A stretch of 51,114 nucleotides of DNA from Candidatus Fimenecus sp. (lineage in GTDB: Bacteria > Bacillota > Clostridia > Oscillospirales > Acutalibacteraceae), in contig JAZQUC010000017.1 of the NCBI GenBank assembly GCA_045631075.1, positions 1-51,114 on the forward strand, given 5' to 3'. The translations under genes were made by a program, and so were the position numbers. Shown here piece after piece: positions 23,954 to 33,170 of this stretch. The notes below the pieces were generated by a model, which saw only the letters and a list, made by a program, of their open reading frames with translations, had not been told where the DNA came from and did not search any database. The stretch's first letter is position 1. Each line of letters opens with the position of its first letter.

Positions 23954-26900
23954 ATGAAGAAACTTTTGTCTGTTATTCTTATAATGACTATGCTTTTCAT
24001 ATCTGTTTCTCAGGGGGTTATTGCTGTTGCAAAAGATTATAAAGACGATACAGCTATATATAAATTTGCGGATGATATATCGAGAATAATTCGTGAAAAC
24101 AGTATTGAAAATGAGTCGGAAGGCACTGCTTCATCACTTGATGATATGTTGTATAGAATTGAATATTTTTTCAATAAGACACAGTCTTCTTCGATTTATG
24201 ATAGTTTATATGAAGACGCATTTGAAACAAAAAGACTTATTGTTAAGGCAGATAAACTTAATGATTACAAAGGCGCTATCGACTGTGTTAGTGGCTACAA
24301 TGATTTGTATGTTTTACAGTATGATAGTCAGTTGTCAGCAAAAAAAGCGTATGAATATTATCTTAAATCATCTTCAATTGAATATGTTGAGCCTGATTCT
24401 ATATATGTTTCACAAGAAGAGGAAGATTTGGGCGTAGTCATTCCTGATGATGAGGCTAATGAATATGATGAATTTACCGCAGCGGCTATTCAGTGGATGA
24501 CAGATAAAATCGGATTTACAGATATAAAAGAAAAACTTGCAGAAAGAATTGAAGATGATTATGTTCTTGTTGCAGTTATTGATAGTGGTGTTGATACTGA
24601 CCACGACCTTCTCAAAAACAGACTTGTTGAAAGTAATGTGAATTTGAGTGGTTCGGGTATTTTAAATTCTTCAGAGGATGATTATGGTCACGGAACTCAT
24701 GTTGCTGGTATTGTTGCAAGTTGCTCATTGGATAATGTAAAAATTAAACCTTATAAAGTTCTTAATAATGAGGGTAAGTGTTCTTTAATAACCATTGCGA
24801 CTGCTGTTGATATGGCGGTATCAGATGGCGCAGATGTAATTAATATAAGTATTTCAGGTAAAGTGGAAAGTCCAACCTTGACAACTGCAATTGATAATGC
24901 TGTGGCAAACGATGTTAATGTTGTTGTTGCAGCAGGTAACAACAAACTTGACCTTACAAAAAATTATGTTTCTCCTGCTTGTGTTGAGTCAGCAATTACA
25001 GTCAGTGCAACTGATGCAAATGATAATTTAGCATCATTTTCAAATTATAATGGAACTATAGATATTGCTGCACCTGGTGTTGATATTGAAAGTAGCTATC
25101 TCAATAACACATACATTCAGTTGAGTGGTACATCTATGGCAACTCCACAGGTTTCTGCAGGACTTGCAATTCTTCAATCAATATCAAAGGATATTTCAGC
25201 GTCTGCATGTGAAGCAAAGATTGAAGAATTTGCTATTAAAGCTAAAGGCGAAGACGGGAAAAATTATTTTGGTGCTGGTATATTGTTCTTGAAGTATATT
25301 CTTGATGAAAAGCCAACAACTGCCGACCCTGTTTTCAGTGTCCCAAGTGGTACATTTGAACAGACATTTACAGTAGATATTACTTGTCCTGATGAAGATG
25401 CAAAAATATATTATATTATTTATGATACGGATTTAAAGTCTGTAAATTGGTTTGATAGTTTTATTTATAGCGGACCGATTACTGTTTCAATTGATACTAA
25501 GATTTCAGCATTTGCTTGGTTGGATGGATGTAAACCAAGCTCTATTGTAACCGTTGAATACGATAGAATCGGACAGACTGAGGATGACTATTACGAAATC
25601 AATTCTCTTGGTTATATAACAAATTACTATGGTTCCGAAGTGAATCTTTTTGTTCCTGATGTGATAAAGGGAATTGTTGTTAAGGGTATCGGTATAGAAG
25701 CATTCAGCAATAATAGGAGAACTGAAAGCATCATTCTTCCAGACACTTGTAAAAAGATTAATGCTTCAGCATTTAATAATTGTTTATCATTAAAGTCTGT
25801 TTCTGGTAATGGAATTGAAGATGTTTCTATGCATGCATTTGAAAACTCTTCTGTTGAAGCAATCGATTTTCCTAATATGACAACTGTCGGTATGTATGCT
25901 TTTTCAGGATGTTCAGAACTTAATCAGATTACCCTTTCAAATGTAGAAACTATTGGTACTTATGCATTTACAGGTACAACAAGTCTTGGTCCTGTTATCT
26001 GTGATAATCTTACCACGCTTGGGACAGAGGCGTTTGCACAATCAGGTGTATCTCTTTTCAGTGCGCCAAAATTAACCTCAATAGGCAATAATGCTTTTGT
26101 TGATTGTACAGACCTTGTTTCAGTCTCTGTTCCGTTACTTACTGTTCTTGAACTTGGTGTGTTTAAGAATTGTTCTTCACTGGTTGAAGTGAATTTTGAT
26201 TCTGTTGTTGAAATCAAAGCAAATGCATTAAGAAATACTGCAATTGATAAATTTGTAGGAATGAATGTTGAAAAAGTAGGTAACTATGCTTTTGCTGATA
26301 ATCCTCATCTTGTTGCTTGTGCGTTGATGAAAAACACATCAACAGGTAGTTATGTTTTTCAAAATTGTTCTTCCTTAAAAATCGTTATGCTTCCTGTTTT
26401 AGAAGAATTAAATAGTAATGCATTTTCTAATTGTTCATCCCTTTTGAATTTATATTTGCCAAATGTAAAAACAGTCGCAAAGGACGCGTTTAAGAATTCA
26501 TCGGTTGAATTTTTAATGTTCGATAAAGTAAAGACTATCAAGAGTTTACCTAATACCTTGAAAGGTATCTTGTTGCCTGGAACAACCACATCCATTACAT
26601 CAGTACCGACAAGTGACTTTGTTGTTTATGGCTTTGAAGACACATATGCTCATGAGTTTGCTTTAACTAATAACAAAAAATTTGTGAAGGTTCCTTCTGT
26701 ATACGAAGATTCAGCACAGGTAACAGTTGGTGACAAATATATTGTTATATATGCTTTTGGATTTAATTGTGAGTATCAATGGTACCGAAATGATATTATT
26801 TCCAATGTTGGCGGAACACCTATTGAAGGTGCAACAAACTTCTATTATGAACCATCTCAGGATGATGATTCTGCAGCATTTTATTGTGTTGTAACTAGTC

Positions 26901-27343
26901 GAAATGGTGAAAATGTAAGTTCTAGTACATCGGTTCCGATTGTTAACGCTCCTGAATACAGAAAAGCTGACTATTCACAATATAACAAACTTCAACAAGA
27001 GATTTATTCGTTGAATCGTATTTTATATGATGAGGAACTTCTTCGTCAGCTTGATGAGTTGTTGAAAGTTGATATGACAGGTTTGAAACTTTCAGAACAA
27101 CATGTTCTTGATAACTATGTTCAACAGTTAGGAGAAATGTTAGCACTTGTTAAGGAGTCATTTGTGTTGGGCGACCTTAATTCTGATGGTTTTATTTCAG
27201 CTATTGATGCGCGAATTGTGTTGTTAGCTACAGTTAATCTTCAATCACTTGTCGGCAGACAAATCTATTCAGCTGATATGGATGGTAATGGTGAAATTAC
27301 AGCCGTTGATGCAAGAATGATTTTACAAAAAACAGTTGAATAA
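23954..27343 (+). CDS. Multidomain secreted S8 (subtilisin-family) serine protease with BspA-type LRR region, Ig-like module and C-terminal dockerin
   Basis: Signal peptide from ATG 23954 (RBS GAGGTG). I9-like propeptide. Catalytic triad contexts VAVIDSGVD, HGTHVAG and GTSMATP. LRR motifs (AF..C..L..V). The tail is GDLNSDGFISAIDA ... ADMDGNGEITAVDA. Confidence 0.88.
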   Translation: MKKLLSVILIMTMLFISVSQGVIAVAKDYKDDTAIYKFADDISRIIRENSIENESEGTASSLDDMLYRIEYFFNKTQSSSIYDSLYEDAFETKRLIVKADKLNDYKGAIDCVSGYNDLYVLQYDSQLSAKKAYEYYLKSSSIEYVEPDSIYVSQEEEDLGVVIPDDEANEYDEFTAAAIQWMTDKIGFTDIKEKLAERIEDDYVLVAVIDSGVDTDHDLLKNRLVESNVNLSGSGILNSSEDDYGHGTHVAGIVASCSLDNVKIKPYKVLNNEGKCSLITIATAVDMAVSDGADVINISISGKVESPTLTTAIDNAVANDVNVVVAAGNNKLDLTKNYVSPACVESAITVSATDANDNLASFSNYNGTIDIAAPGVDIESSYLNNTYIQLSGTSMATPQVSAGLAILQSISKDISASACEAKIEEFAIKAKGEDGKNYFGAGILFLKYILDEKPTTADPVFSVPSGTFEQTFTVDITCPDEDAKIYYIIYDTDLKSVNWFDSFIYSGPITVSIDTKISAFAWLDGCKPSSIVTVEYDRIGQTEDDYYEINSLGYITNYYGSEVNLFVPDVIKGIVVKGIGIEAFSNNRRTESIILPDTCKKINASAFNNCLSLKSVSGNGIEDVSMHAFENSSVEAIDFPNMTTVGMYAFSGCSELNQITLSNVETIGTYAFTGTTSLGPVICDNLTTLGTEAFAQSGVSLFSAPKLTSIGNNAFVDCTDLVSVSVPLLTVLELGVFKNCSSLVEVNFDSVVEIKANALRNTAIDKFVGMNVEKVGNYAFADNPHLVACALMKNTSTGSYVFQNCSSLKIVMLPVLEELNSNAFSNCSSLLNLYLPNVKTVAKDAFKNSSVEFLMFDKVKTIKSLPNTLKGILLPGTTTSITSVPTSDFVVYGFEDTYAHEFALTNNKKFVKVPSVYEDSAQVTVGDKYIVIYAFGFNCEYQWYRNDIISNVGGTPIEGATNFYYEPSQDDDSAAFYCVVTSRNGENVSSSTSVPIVNAPEYRKADYSQYNKLQQEIYSLNRILYDEELLRQLDELLKVDMTGLKLSEQHVLDNYVQQLGEMLALVKESFVLGDLNSDGFISAIDARIVLLATVNLQSLVGRQIYSADMDGNGEITAVDARMILQKTVE
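27166..27340 (+). other. Type I dockerin module (two Ca-binding F-hand repeats) within the S8 protease
   Basis: DLNSDGFISAIDARIVL and DMDGNGEITAVDARMIL duplicated segments about 30 aa apart. Confidence 0.85.
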
Positions 27344-27345
27344 GC

Positions 27346-27381
27346 AAAAAATTAGCCTTGAAAAATCAAGGCTAATTTTTA
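27346..27381. terminator. Bidirectional terminator between convergent genes
   Basis: AAAAAA-TTAGCCTTGA-AAAA-TCAAGGCTAA-TTTTT. It overlaps the stop codon of the minus-strand gene. Confidence 0.8.
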
Positions 27382-28304
27382 TATAACATTTCAATTATTC
27401 TGTCAATGTTTTCATCTGAATATTCTATTTCAGATGAATACAAACGACAATATTCTACAATATCATCACTTGTTAAAATTCCGTAATTTTTAATGTGCAT
27501 TTTACAAAGCAATTCAATCATATGGTAACTTGTTAATATGAAATAAATCATCTCTGAATCATTTTCTACTGTAATGTGTCTGTATATGAAATACATTATC
27601 AGATTTTCAAATTGTTTATTGTATTCTTCAGGAACAATAACGTTTGAAATATCGGTATCTTTTAAATTTTTTAATACAACACTCCAGTAATCATCAAGTC
27701 TTTCGAGTGATAAATATAAATCAACCAAATCACTTTTATTATATTTAGGTACTTTCATTTCGCAGTATGATGAGAATTTATTTTTTTTCTCATTTAATGT
27801 AAGTGATTCATTATTTAATATTTTAAATAAATTTTCTCTATAAGTGAAAAAATCAAAATTGCATTCATCTGTTTCATCTGTATTACTATCATCCGAAAGC
27901 AATTCGAGCGTAAAAGGAATATCTTGACCAAGAATTATTCGTCCTGCTTCTTCGCAACAAAGACCTAATCCCATCTCAATACGGTCAGAATAGTAATTTC
28001 TGAATCGAGGATGGTCACTGCAAATCTGACAAAGTGAGTCTTCACCTAAATTAATAATAATGTCACACAAGTTTTTATCATTAAGAAATACACAACGACC
28101 TTTTCCGTCAAGTCTGAAACTTGCACAGTTATTATTGTATTCTATACCTTGCTTGATTTTTCTGCTGAATTTTCCCTTAAGATTTTCATAATAAGATAAT
28201 GTATCTTCGTCGATATCAATTTCCCAACCGATACAGCAGTTGTGCTTGCATTCCTTGGAAATACATTTAAAATCTTTATAATAATTCGGAACATAAGTTT
28301 TCAT
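27372..28304 (-). CDS. Cys-rich FliB-like (flagellin lysine-N-methylase family / CxxCxxCC-type) protein
   Basis: N-terminal F.C....C.HNCCIGWEIDID..T...Y, then GRCVFL...NLC.I....GE..LC..C..HPR. Markedly AT-rich gene. Confidence 0.5.
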   Translation of the reverse strand: MKTYVPNYYKDFKCISKECKHNCCIGWEIDIDEDTLSYYENLKGKFSRKIKQGIEYNNNCASFRLDGKGRCVFLNDKNLCDIIINLGEDSLCQICSDHPRFRNYYSDRIEMGLGLCCEEAGRIILGQDIPFTLELLSDDSNTDETDECNFDFFTYRENLFKILNNESLTLNEKKNKFSSYCEMKVPKYNKSDLVDLYLSLERLDDYWSVVLKNLKDTDISNVIVPEEYNKQFENLIMYFIYRHITVENDSEMIYFILTSYHMIELLCKMHIKNYGILTSDDIVEYCRLYSSEIEYSDENIDRIIEMLYKN

Positions 28305-28384
28305 ACAATCTCTCCATTATCCATATGAGATGATTATAAAATAAATCAGATATTATTTCAATGAGTTTTTATTATTTGTTATCG

Positions 28385-28413
28385 TTGAAAATAAAAATAT
28401 TATATGCTAAAAT
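28385..28413 (+). promoter_or_regulatory. Candidate MFS gene promoter (TTGAAA-17-TAAAAT)
   Basis: TTGAAA 28385-28390 and TAAAAT 28408-28413. This places the tracked ATG 28414 upstream of the likely transcription start. Confidence 0.5.
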
Positions 28414-28440
28414 ATGTTAATTAAAATTTTAGGAGTAATT

Positions 28441-29604
28441 ATGGTTATTATTTTAGCAGTAATTTATGTTGTTTTCATATCATTAGGACTTCCTGATTCA
28501 CTGTTTGGTGCCGCTTGGCCGGTTGTTCATAAGGACTTTGGAATTGAAGAAAGTTTTGCATCTCTTTACGGTATAATTACAGGTTTTTGTGTCGGTGGTG
28601 TAAGCTTTGTTGCAGGTAAGGTTATACGAAAGTTTGGTACACCATTAGTGACTTTGGTTTCAACTTTACTTACAGTGTTTGGTCTTTTGATAATGAGCAT
28701 TTCACCTAATATTGTCATTATGATGCTTGGTGCAGTAGTTTTAGGATATGGTGCAGGTGTAATTGATACTGCACTTAATAACTTTGTGTCGCTTCATTAT
28801 AAAGCTCAACATATGAATTGGTTACATGCTTTTTGGGGTATAGGTGTTACAATAAGTCCGCTTATATTATCGTTTTTCTTAACAGATGAAATGGGCTCTT
28901 GGCGTAATGGGTATCGTGTGGTTGCTTTGTTACAACTTTTTGTAGCAATTATTATAGCTTTTTCACTAAAAAAATGGCAAGCAGTTAAAGAAGATGACCA
29001 ACCAGAAGAAATTTCAAATGAAAATAAAAAAGGATTTCTTGAGATATTCAAGATGAAAGGTGTGCTTACAAGCCTTCTTTCGCAAGGGTTTTATTGTGGT
29101 ATGGAGTTTACAATCGGAACATGGGGTGCATCGTTTATTGTTCATGTTCACGCATTAGAGCCTGATGAAGCTGCAAAATGGATTTCTTTATATTTTTGTG
29201 GAATAACAGTAGGTAGAATTATATCAGGATTTGTATCAATGAAAGCATCTGATAACACTATGATTCGTTCAGGTATTGCAATTTCATTTTTAGGGATGAT
29301 TCTGTTAGCTCTTCCGATTGGTAAAATATCTCTTTTAGGGTTATTACTTATTGGTGTAGGCTTTGGACCGATTTTCCCAAGTGTGTTGCATAGTGTTCCT
29401 GACCGTTTTGGGAAAGAATATTCAGCAGATATAACAGGTTTTCATATGGGTGGGGCGTATGGAATAGGTTTTGGTATCCAATTGATTTTTGGTTTTATTG
29501 CAACAGCAACAACATTTGAAATTACGACTTTTGTTTTGATGGCAATTGCAATTGGGACTTTTATTGCAAACGAAATAACAATATCATTAGTAAAGAAAAA
29601 ATAA
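28441..29604 (+). CDS. MFS transporter
   Basis: About 12 TM segments. GLPDSLFGAAWP motif near TM1. AGGAG RBS lies before ATG 28441. Confidence 0.8.
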   Translation: MVIILAVIYVVFISLGLPDSLFGAAWPVVHKDFGIEESFASLYGIITGFCVGGVSFVAGKVIRKFGTPLVTLVSTLLTVFGLLIMSISPNIVIMMLGAVVLGYGAGVIDTALNNFVSLHYKAQHMNWLHAFWGIGVTISPLILSFFLTDEMGSWRNGYRVVALLQLFVAIIIAFSLKKWQAVKEDDQPEEISNENKKGFLEIFKMKGVLTSLLSQGFYCGMEFTIGTWGASFIVHVHALEPDEAAKWISLYFCGITVGRIISGFVSMKASDNTMIRSGIAISFLGMILLALPIGKISLLGLLLIGVGFGPIFPSVLHSVPDRFGKEYSADITGFHMGGAYGIGFGIQLIFGFIATATTFEITTFVLMAIAIGTFIANEITISLVKKK

Positions 29605-29657
29605 TTATAGTTGAAGTACATATAATAATCAAAAGACATTAAAAGGATGTGATTGTT

Positions 29658-30629
29658 ATGTGTACTTCTGTTTCTTTTTTGACGAAGGAACACTACTTTG
29701 GCAGAACACTTGATATGGAAATCTCTTATAATGAAAAAGTGATAATAACGCCTAGAAATTTCAATTTGAAATTTAGATTATCAAATGATTTGAATAATCA
29801 TTATGCTATTATTGGAATGGGTATAGTGGTTGATAATTACCCGTTGTATTATGATGCAACCAATGAAAAAGGATTGTCGGTTGCAGGGTTAAATTTTCCC
29901 GTAACAGCAAGGTACAATGAGCCTGTAAATGACAAAAATAATATTGGTGTTTTTGAATTGATACCATGGATATTAGGAAATTGTTCATCTGTTGATGAAA
30001 CTCGTGAATTGCTTACCGAAACCAATATTATCAATATAGATTTTAACGAAAAATATAAATCAGCACAGCTTCATTGGATGATTTCTGACAGAGATTATTC
30101 CATTGTTCTTGAATGCACAGAAAATGGTATGAAAATTTATTATAATCCCGTTCATATTCTTACAAATAATCCTGAATTTCCTTTGCAGGTATTTAATATT
30201 AATAATTTTATGAATATTACTCGTGAAGAGCCTGAAACACGGTTTGCAGAAGGCTTTGACCTAAATAAATACAGCAGGGGAATGGGCGCTATTGGTTTGC
30301 CAGGTGATTTGTCATCAATGTCACGATTTGTCCGAGCATCATTTACAAGATTAAATTCAGTTTGTGGAAACACAGAAAGTGAGAGTATAAGTCAGTTTTT
30401 TCATATACTTGATACCGTTTCACAGACAAATGGTTGCGTCAGAGTTGGCGATAGCTTCGAAAAAACAGTGTACACTTCTTGTTGCAATACAGACAAAGGA
30501 ATTTATTATTATAAAACTTATAATAATAGTCAAATTTCAGCAGTAGATTTGTATCGTGAAAATCTTGACAGAAATGATTTGATATTATATAATCTCGTTG
30601 ATGAACAACAAATAAAATTTTATAATTAA
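29658..30629 (+). CDS. Choloylglycine hydrolase family protein (bile salt hydrolase / penicillin V acylase type Ntn hydrolase)
   Basis: Met-Cys start (MCTSVSF..HYFGRTLD), with the Ntn nucleophile Cys2. NEKGL..AGLNFP and later conserved blocks. About 323 aa. Confidence 0.88.
   Translation: MCTSVSFLTKEHYFGRTLDMEISYNEKVIITPRNFNLKFRLSNDLNNHYAIIGMGIVVDNYPLYYDATNEKGLSVAGLNFPVTARYNEPVNDKNNIGVFELIPWILGNCSSVDETRELLTETNIINIDFNEKYKSAQLHWMISDRDYSIVLECTENGMKIYYNPVHILTNNPEFPLQVFNINNFMNITREEPETRFAEGFDLNKYSRGMGAIGLPGDLSSMSRFVRASFTRLNSVCGNTESESISQFFHILDTVSQTNGCVRVGDSFEKTVYTSCCNTDKGIYYYKTYNNSQISAVDLYRENLDRNDLILYNLVDEQQIKFYN
30565..30593 (+). promoter_or_regulatory. Perfect consensus promoter TTGACA-17-TATAAT inside the 3' end of the hydrolase gene
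   Basis: TTGACA 30565-30570, 17-nt spacer, TATAAT 30588-30593. Confidence 0.6.
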
Positions 30630-30726
30630 ATATACTGCCACCGGGTAGTGTGATGCAAAGCATCCATTTGATACATCGTTAGGTCTTTGAAGATGTATCA
30701 GTGGGTGTTATTTTTATGAGGTTTTT
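30600..30726 (+). promoter_or_regulatory. pnuC leader with terminator-type hairpin abutting the RBS (candidate attenuator/riboswitch)
   Basis: Small hairpin GATGC-AAA-GCATC. A 10-12 bp stem pairs CCATTTGATACATC (30664-30677) with GATGTATCAGTGGG (30692-30705). TGTTATTTTTA follows, running into GAGG and ATG 30727. Confidence 0.4.
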
Positions 30727-31413
30727 ATGAAAAAGATACTTAATTATTTTACAAAATTTGAAATCGGACTTTGGTCTGTATCTGTCTTGTTAATTATTAT
30801 TTCATTTTTTATGCTTAAACAAACTGATTACCTAACTCTTTCAGCCTCTTTAATAGGTGCAACATTCTTAATTTTCAATGCAAAAGGAAATCCTATTGGT
30901 CAATTTTTAACAATTATATTCAGCTTACTTTATGGAATTATTTCATATAGATTTTCATATTACGGTGAAATGATTACATACCTTGGAATGTCAATGCCTA
31001 TGGCATTTCTTGCACTTGTTTCATGGCTTAAAAATCCTTACAAAAACAAATCTCAAGTTAAAGTGAATAGGCTAAAAAGAAAAGAAACTATTTTAATGTT
31101 CCTGTTGACAGGCATAGTAACTGTTATTTTCTATTTTATTTTAAAGCATTTCAATACTGCAAATCTTATTCAAAGTACTATTTCGGTAACAACCAGTTTT
31201 TTAGCTGTTTATCTCACATTCAGACGAAGTCCGTATTTTGCTCTTGCATATGCTTTGAACGACTTGGTATTGATTGTTTTGTGGGTGTTGGCAAGTATTA
31301 CTGACATTACATACATTTCTGTTGTCATATGTTTTATTGTATTCTTTGTGAATGATTTGTATAGTTTTGTAAATTGGAAGAAAATGGAGAAAAATCAAAA
31401 ATTAAATATGTAA
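30727..31413 (+). CDS. pnuC: Nicotinamide riboside transporter PnuC family
   Basis: 228 aa with about 7 TM segments. Characteristic L..A.G....Q...I..S..Y....Y....YGE and W.KN blocks. Confidence 0.85.
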   Translation: MKKILNYFTKFEIGLWSVSVLLIIISFFMLKQTDYLTLSASLIGATFLIFNAKGNPIGQFLTIIFSLLYGIISYRFSYYGEMITYLGMSMPMAFLALVSWLKNPYKNKSQVKVNRLKRKETILMFLLTGIVTVIFYFILKHFNTANLIQSTISVTTSFLAVYLTFRRSPYFALAYALNDLVLIVLWVLASITDITYISVVICFIVFFVNDLYSFVNWKKMEKNQKLNM

Positions 31414-31441
31414 AAAGCCGATGATTATCATCGGCTTTTTA
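31412..31441. terminator. Bidirectional terminator between pnuC and the convergent lipoprotein gene
   Basis: AAAAA-GCCGATGA-TTA-TCATCGGC-TTTTT. Confidence 0.85.
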
Positions 31442-31444
31442 CTT

Positions 31445-31765
31445 TTACTTGGTCATATCTTTAAAACCTTTTCCAATGCCGTTTGCAACATCTGATGCTG
31501 CCTCACCAACACCACCAATTACATTTGATGCTGCTTCACCAACATTATCTGCAAGGTTACTTGCACCATCACCGATATCAGTAGCAGCATTATTAGTTGT
31601 ACTGTCATTTCGTGTTGTACTTGTCGAACTGCTTTGGTTTGTTGTTGAAGTTGAACTCTGGTTGTTGTCACTTGTTACTTTTCCGTCTTCAGGATTACTG
31701 CATCCCGTCATAAATACACTGAGTAACGCAATAACAACAAGTGAAATAATAATTACTTTTTTCAT
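31445..31765 (-). CDS. Small lipoprotein with Ser/Thr/Asn-rich linker and GEAAS.V repeats
   Basis: Signal peptide with lipobox (FMTGC). Low-complexity linker. Repeated NVGEAASNVIGGVGEAASDVANGIG tail. GGAGG-type RBS. Confidence 0.6.
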   Translation of the reverse strand: MKKVIIISLVVIALLSVFMTGCSNPEDGKVTSDNNQSSTSTTNQSSSTSTTRNDSTTNNAATDIGDGASNLADNVGEAASNVIGGVGEAASDVANGIGKGFKDMTK

Positions 31766-31823
31766 TTTGTACCTCCTATAAATATTGGTAATAATATTAT
31801 TTGTAATTAAATTTGTTTTTATT

Positions 31824-33170
31824 CTATTTTGTCAAAACTCCGCCATCGCTGTACAAAAGAAGTAAAATATTATTTTCCTCACCGCTTTCGCAATCTATAT
31901 ATACAAGCAATTCTTGTCTTGAATCTGTCTTACAATGAAATTCATAACAAAGCTGTTCTGTTTTCCATTCTGTAGGTATAACACAAATTTGTGAATCAAT
32001 AACTGTGAGATGATTGTTTAACTTATTCTCTGCGTCTTTAAGCGACAACTTTCTATTAAGTTTTTGTCTTTCAGTATGATTTGAAATGTATCCTGAAGCA
32101 TCAAAGGATATAATATTACCAGTTTCAAGGCATACGCTGACTTTAATAAGGTCAGGATACATTGTTACATCGTCTTCTTCAAATGCAAAATTTATAGTAC
32201 ATATTCCGTCATCAGTAAAATAATAGCTTTCTTCCATATCGTCATATCCAATTTTTTCAAGGAAATCATCAGCATATCTTATTGCATCTTCATATTTTAC
32301 TTTCATTTCACCTGAAAACTCTGAACTCAACATATAACAAGGCTTACCGCCTTGCTTTGTTATTGCAACAGTGTATTTTTCTCCTTTAAAAACATAACAG
32401 GGAATATCACCGTCTTCTTCGTGCGAAAAAGAAAGAATATCTTTTTCCATATTACAAACAGTCTTTGCAATTTTCAAAGCATCCTCTTTACTGATTTCTT
32501 TAAGACCTTCTAAAAACTTTGGTTTACTTTGAGTAAGATGGTCAGAAAAAGGACCGTCATAAATAAGTGTTGGAATATCTGTCATAGCTTGTTCTGTATC
32601 ATCAAAGCTATTACCAATTGACTGTATTTCAGTGCTTGTATTTAATAGAGTAGAAGATGAATCATCAAAGAGAAAGTTTCCGTTCTGCATATCGTGGCAC
32701 ATTTGATTTACTTTATCGTTCAGATTTCTACAAAGGGAATTTAGTTGTTTAAGTTGTTCTCGTTCTTTATCGGTCAACTGTTCGCCTAATGCACTTTTTC
32801 GTTCAAGAGACATTACAAATTCTCCGATTTGTGATAAAAATTTGTAAGTGTTACTTATTGTGTTTTCACCTGTTGGTAAAATTGAAAGATTATTTTTGGC
32901 ACCTGATGCCTCTCGCCATAATTCAGCAGAAAGTTTTGATAGCATTGTGGGAGTGCTGACATAAATAGTTTTTTCAAGATTTGTCGAAATGTTGTTAAGG
33001 TTTTCATCCAAAGCTATCAGTGCCATTTGTCTTAGTATCATTGTTTCTTTTTCATATCTGTTTGCTTTTACAGTTTGAACAATTGAAAATATACCTAAAA
33101 CAACAATCAGTGTAGTTGAATATAGTATAATTCGTGCTTTGACGCGTGTTGAAATGTTGATTTTTTCCAT
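31824..33170 (-). CDS. ypeB: Germination protein YpeB-like (N-terminal TM helix, PepSY-type C-terminal repeats)
   Basis: About 448 aa from MEKINIST (RBS AAGGAG). Single TM helix. The conserved region LSKLSAELWREASGAKNNLSILP and overall architecture resemble YpeB. Confidence 0.6.
   Translation of the reverse strand: MEKINISTRVKARIILYSTTLIVVLGIFSIVQTVKANRYEKETMILRQMALIALDENLNNISTNLEKTIYVSTPTMLSKLSAELWREASGAKNNLSILPTGENTISNTYKFLSQIGEFVMSLERKSALGEQLTDKEREQLKQLNSLCRNLNDKVNQMCHDMQNGNFLFDDSSSTLLNTSTEIQSIGNSFDDTEQAMTDIPTLIYDGPFSDHLTQSKPKFLEGLKEISKEDALKIAKTVCNMEKDILSFSHEEDGDIPCYVFKGEKYTVAITKQGGKPCYMLSSEFSGEMKVKYEDAIRYADDFLEKIGYDDMEESYYFTDDGICTINFAFEEDDVTMYPDLIKVSVCLETGNIISFDASGYISNHTERQKLNRKLSLKDAENKLNNHLTVIDSQICVIPTEWKTEQLCYEFHCKTDSRQELLVYIDCESGEENNILLLLYSDGGVLTK

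Noticed and set aside
28414-28440. Tracked ATG 28414 as the MFS start
   Set aside because: It sits directly after the predicted -10 hexamer, so it is probably not transcribed. AGGAG is correctly spaced for ATG 28441.
30600-30726. Calling the pnuC leader an NAD+-II (pnuC motif) riboswitch
   Set aside because: I cannot reproduce the consensus of that motif from memory well enough to match it, and the class is described mainly in streptococci. It is reported only as an unclassified attenuator-like leader.
31449-31781. 110-aa + strand ORF mirroring the lipoprotein gene
   Set aside because: It is a shadow ORF of a low-complexity Ser/Thr/Ala-rich region. It has no RBS. The minus-strand product has a clear signal peptide and lipobox.
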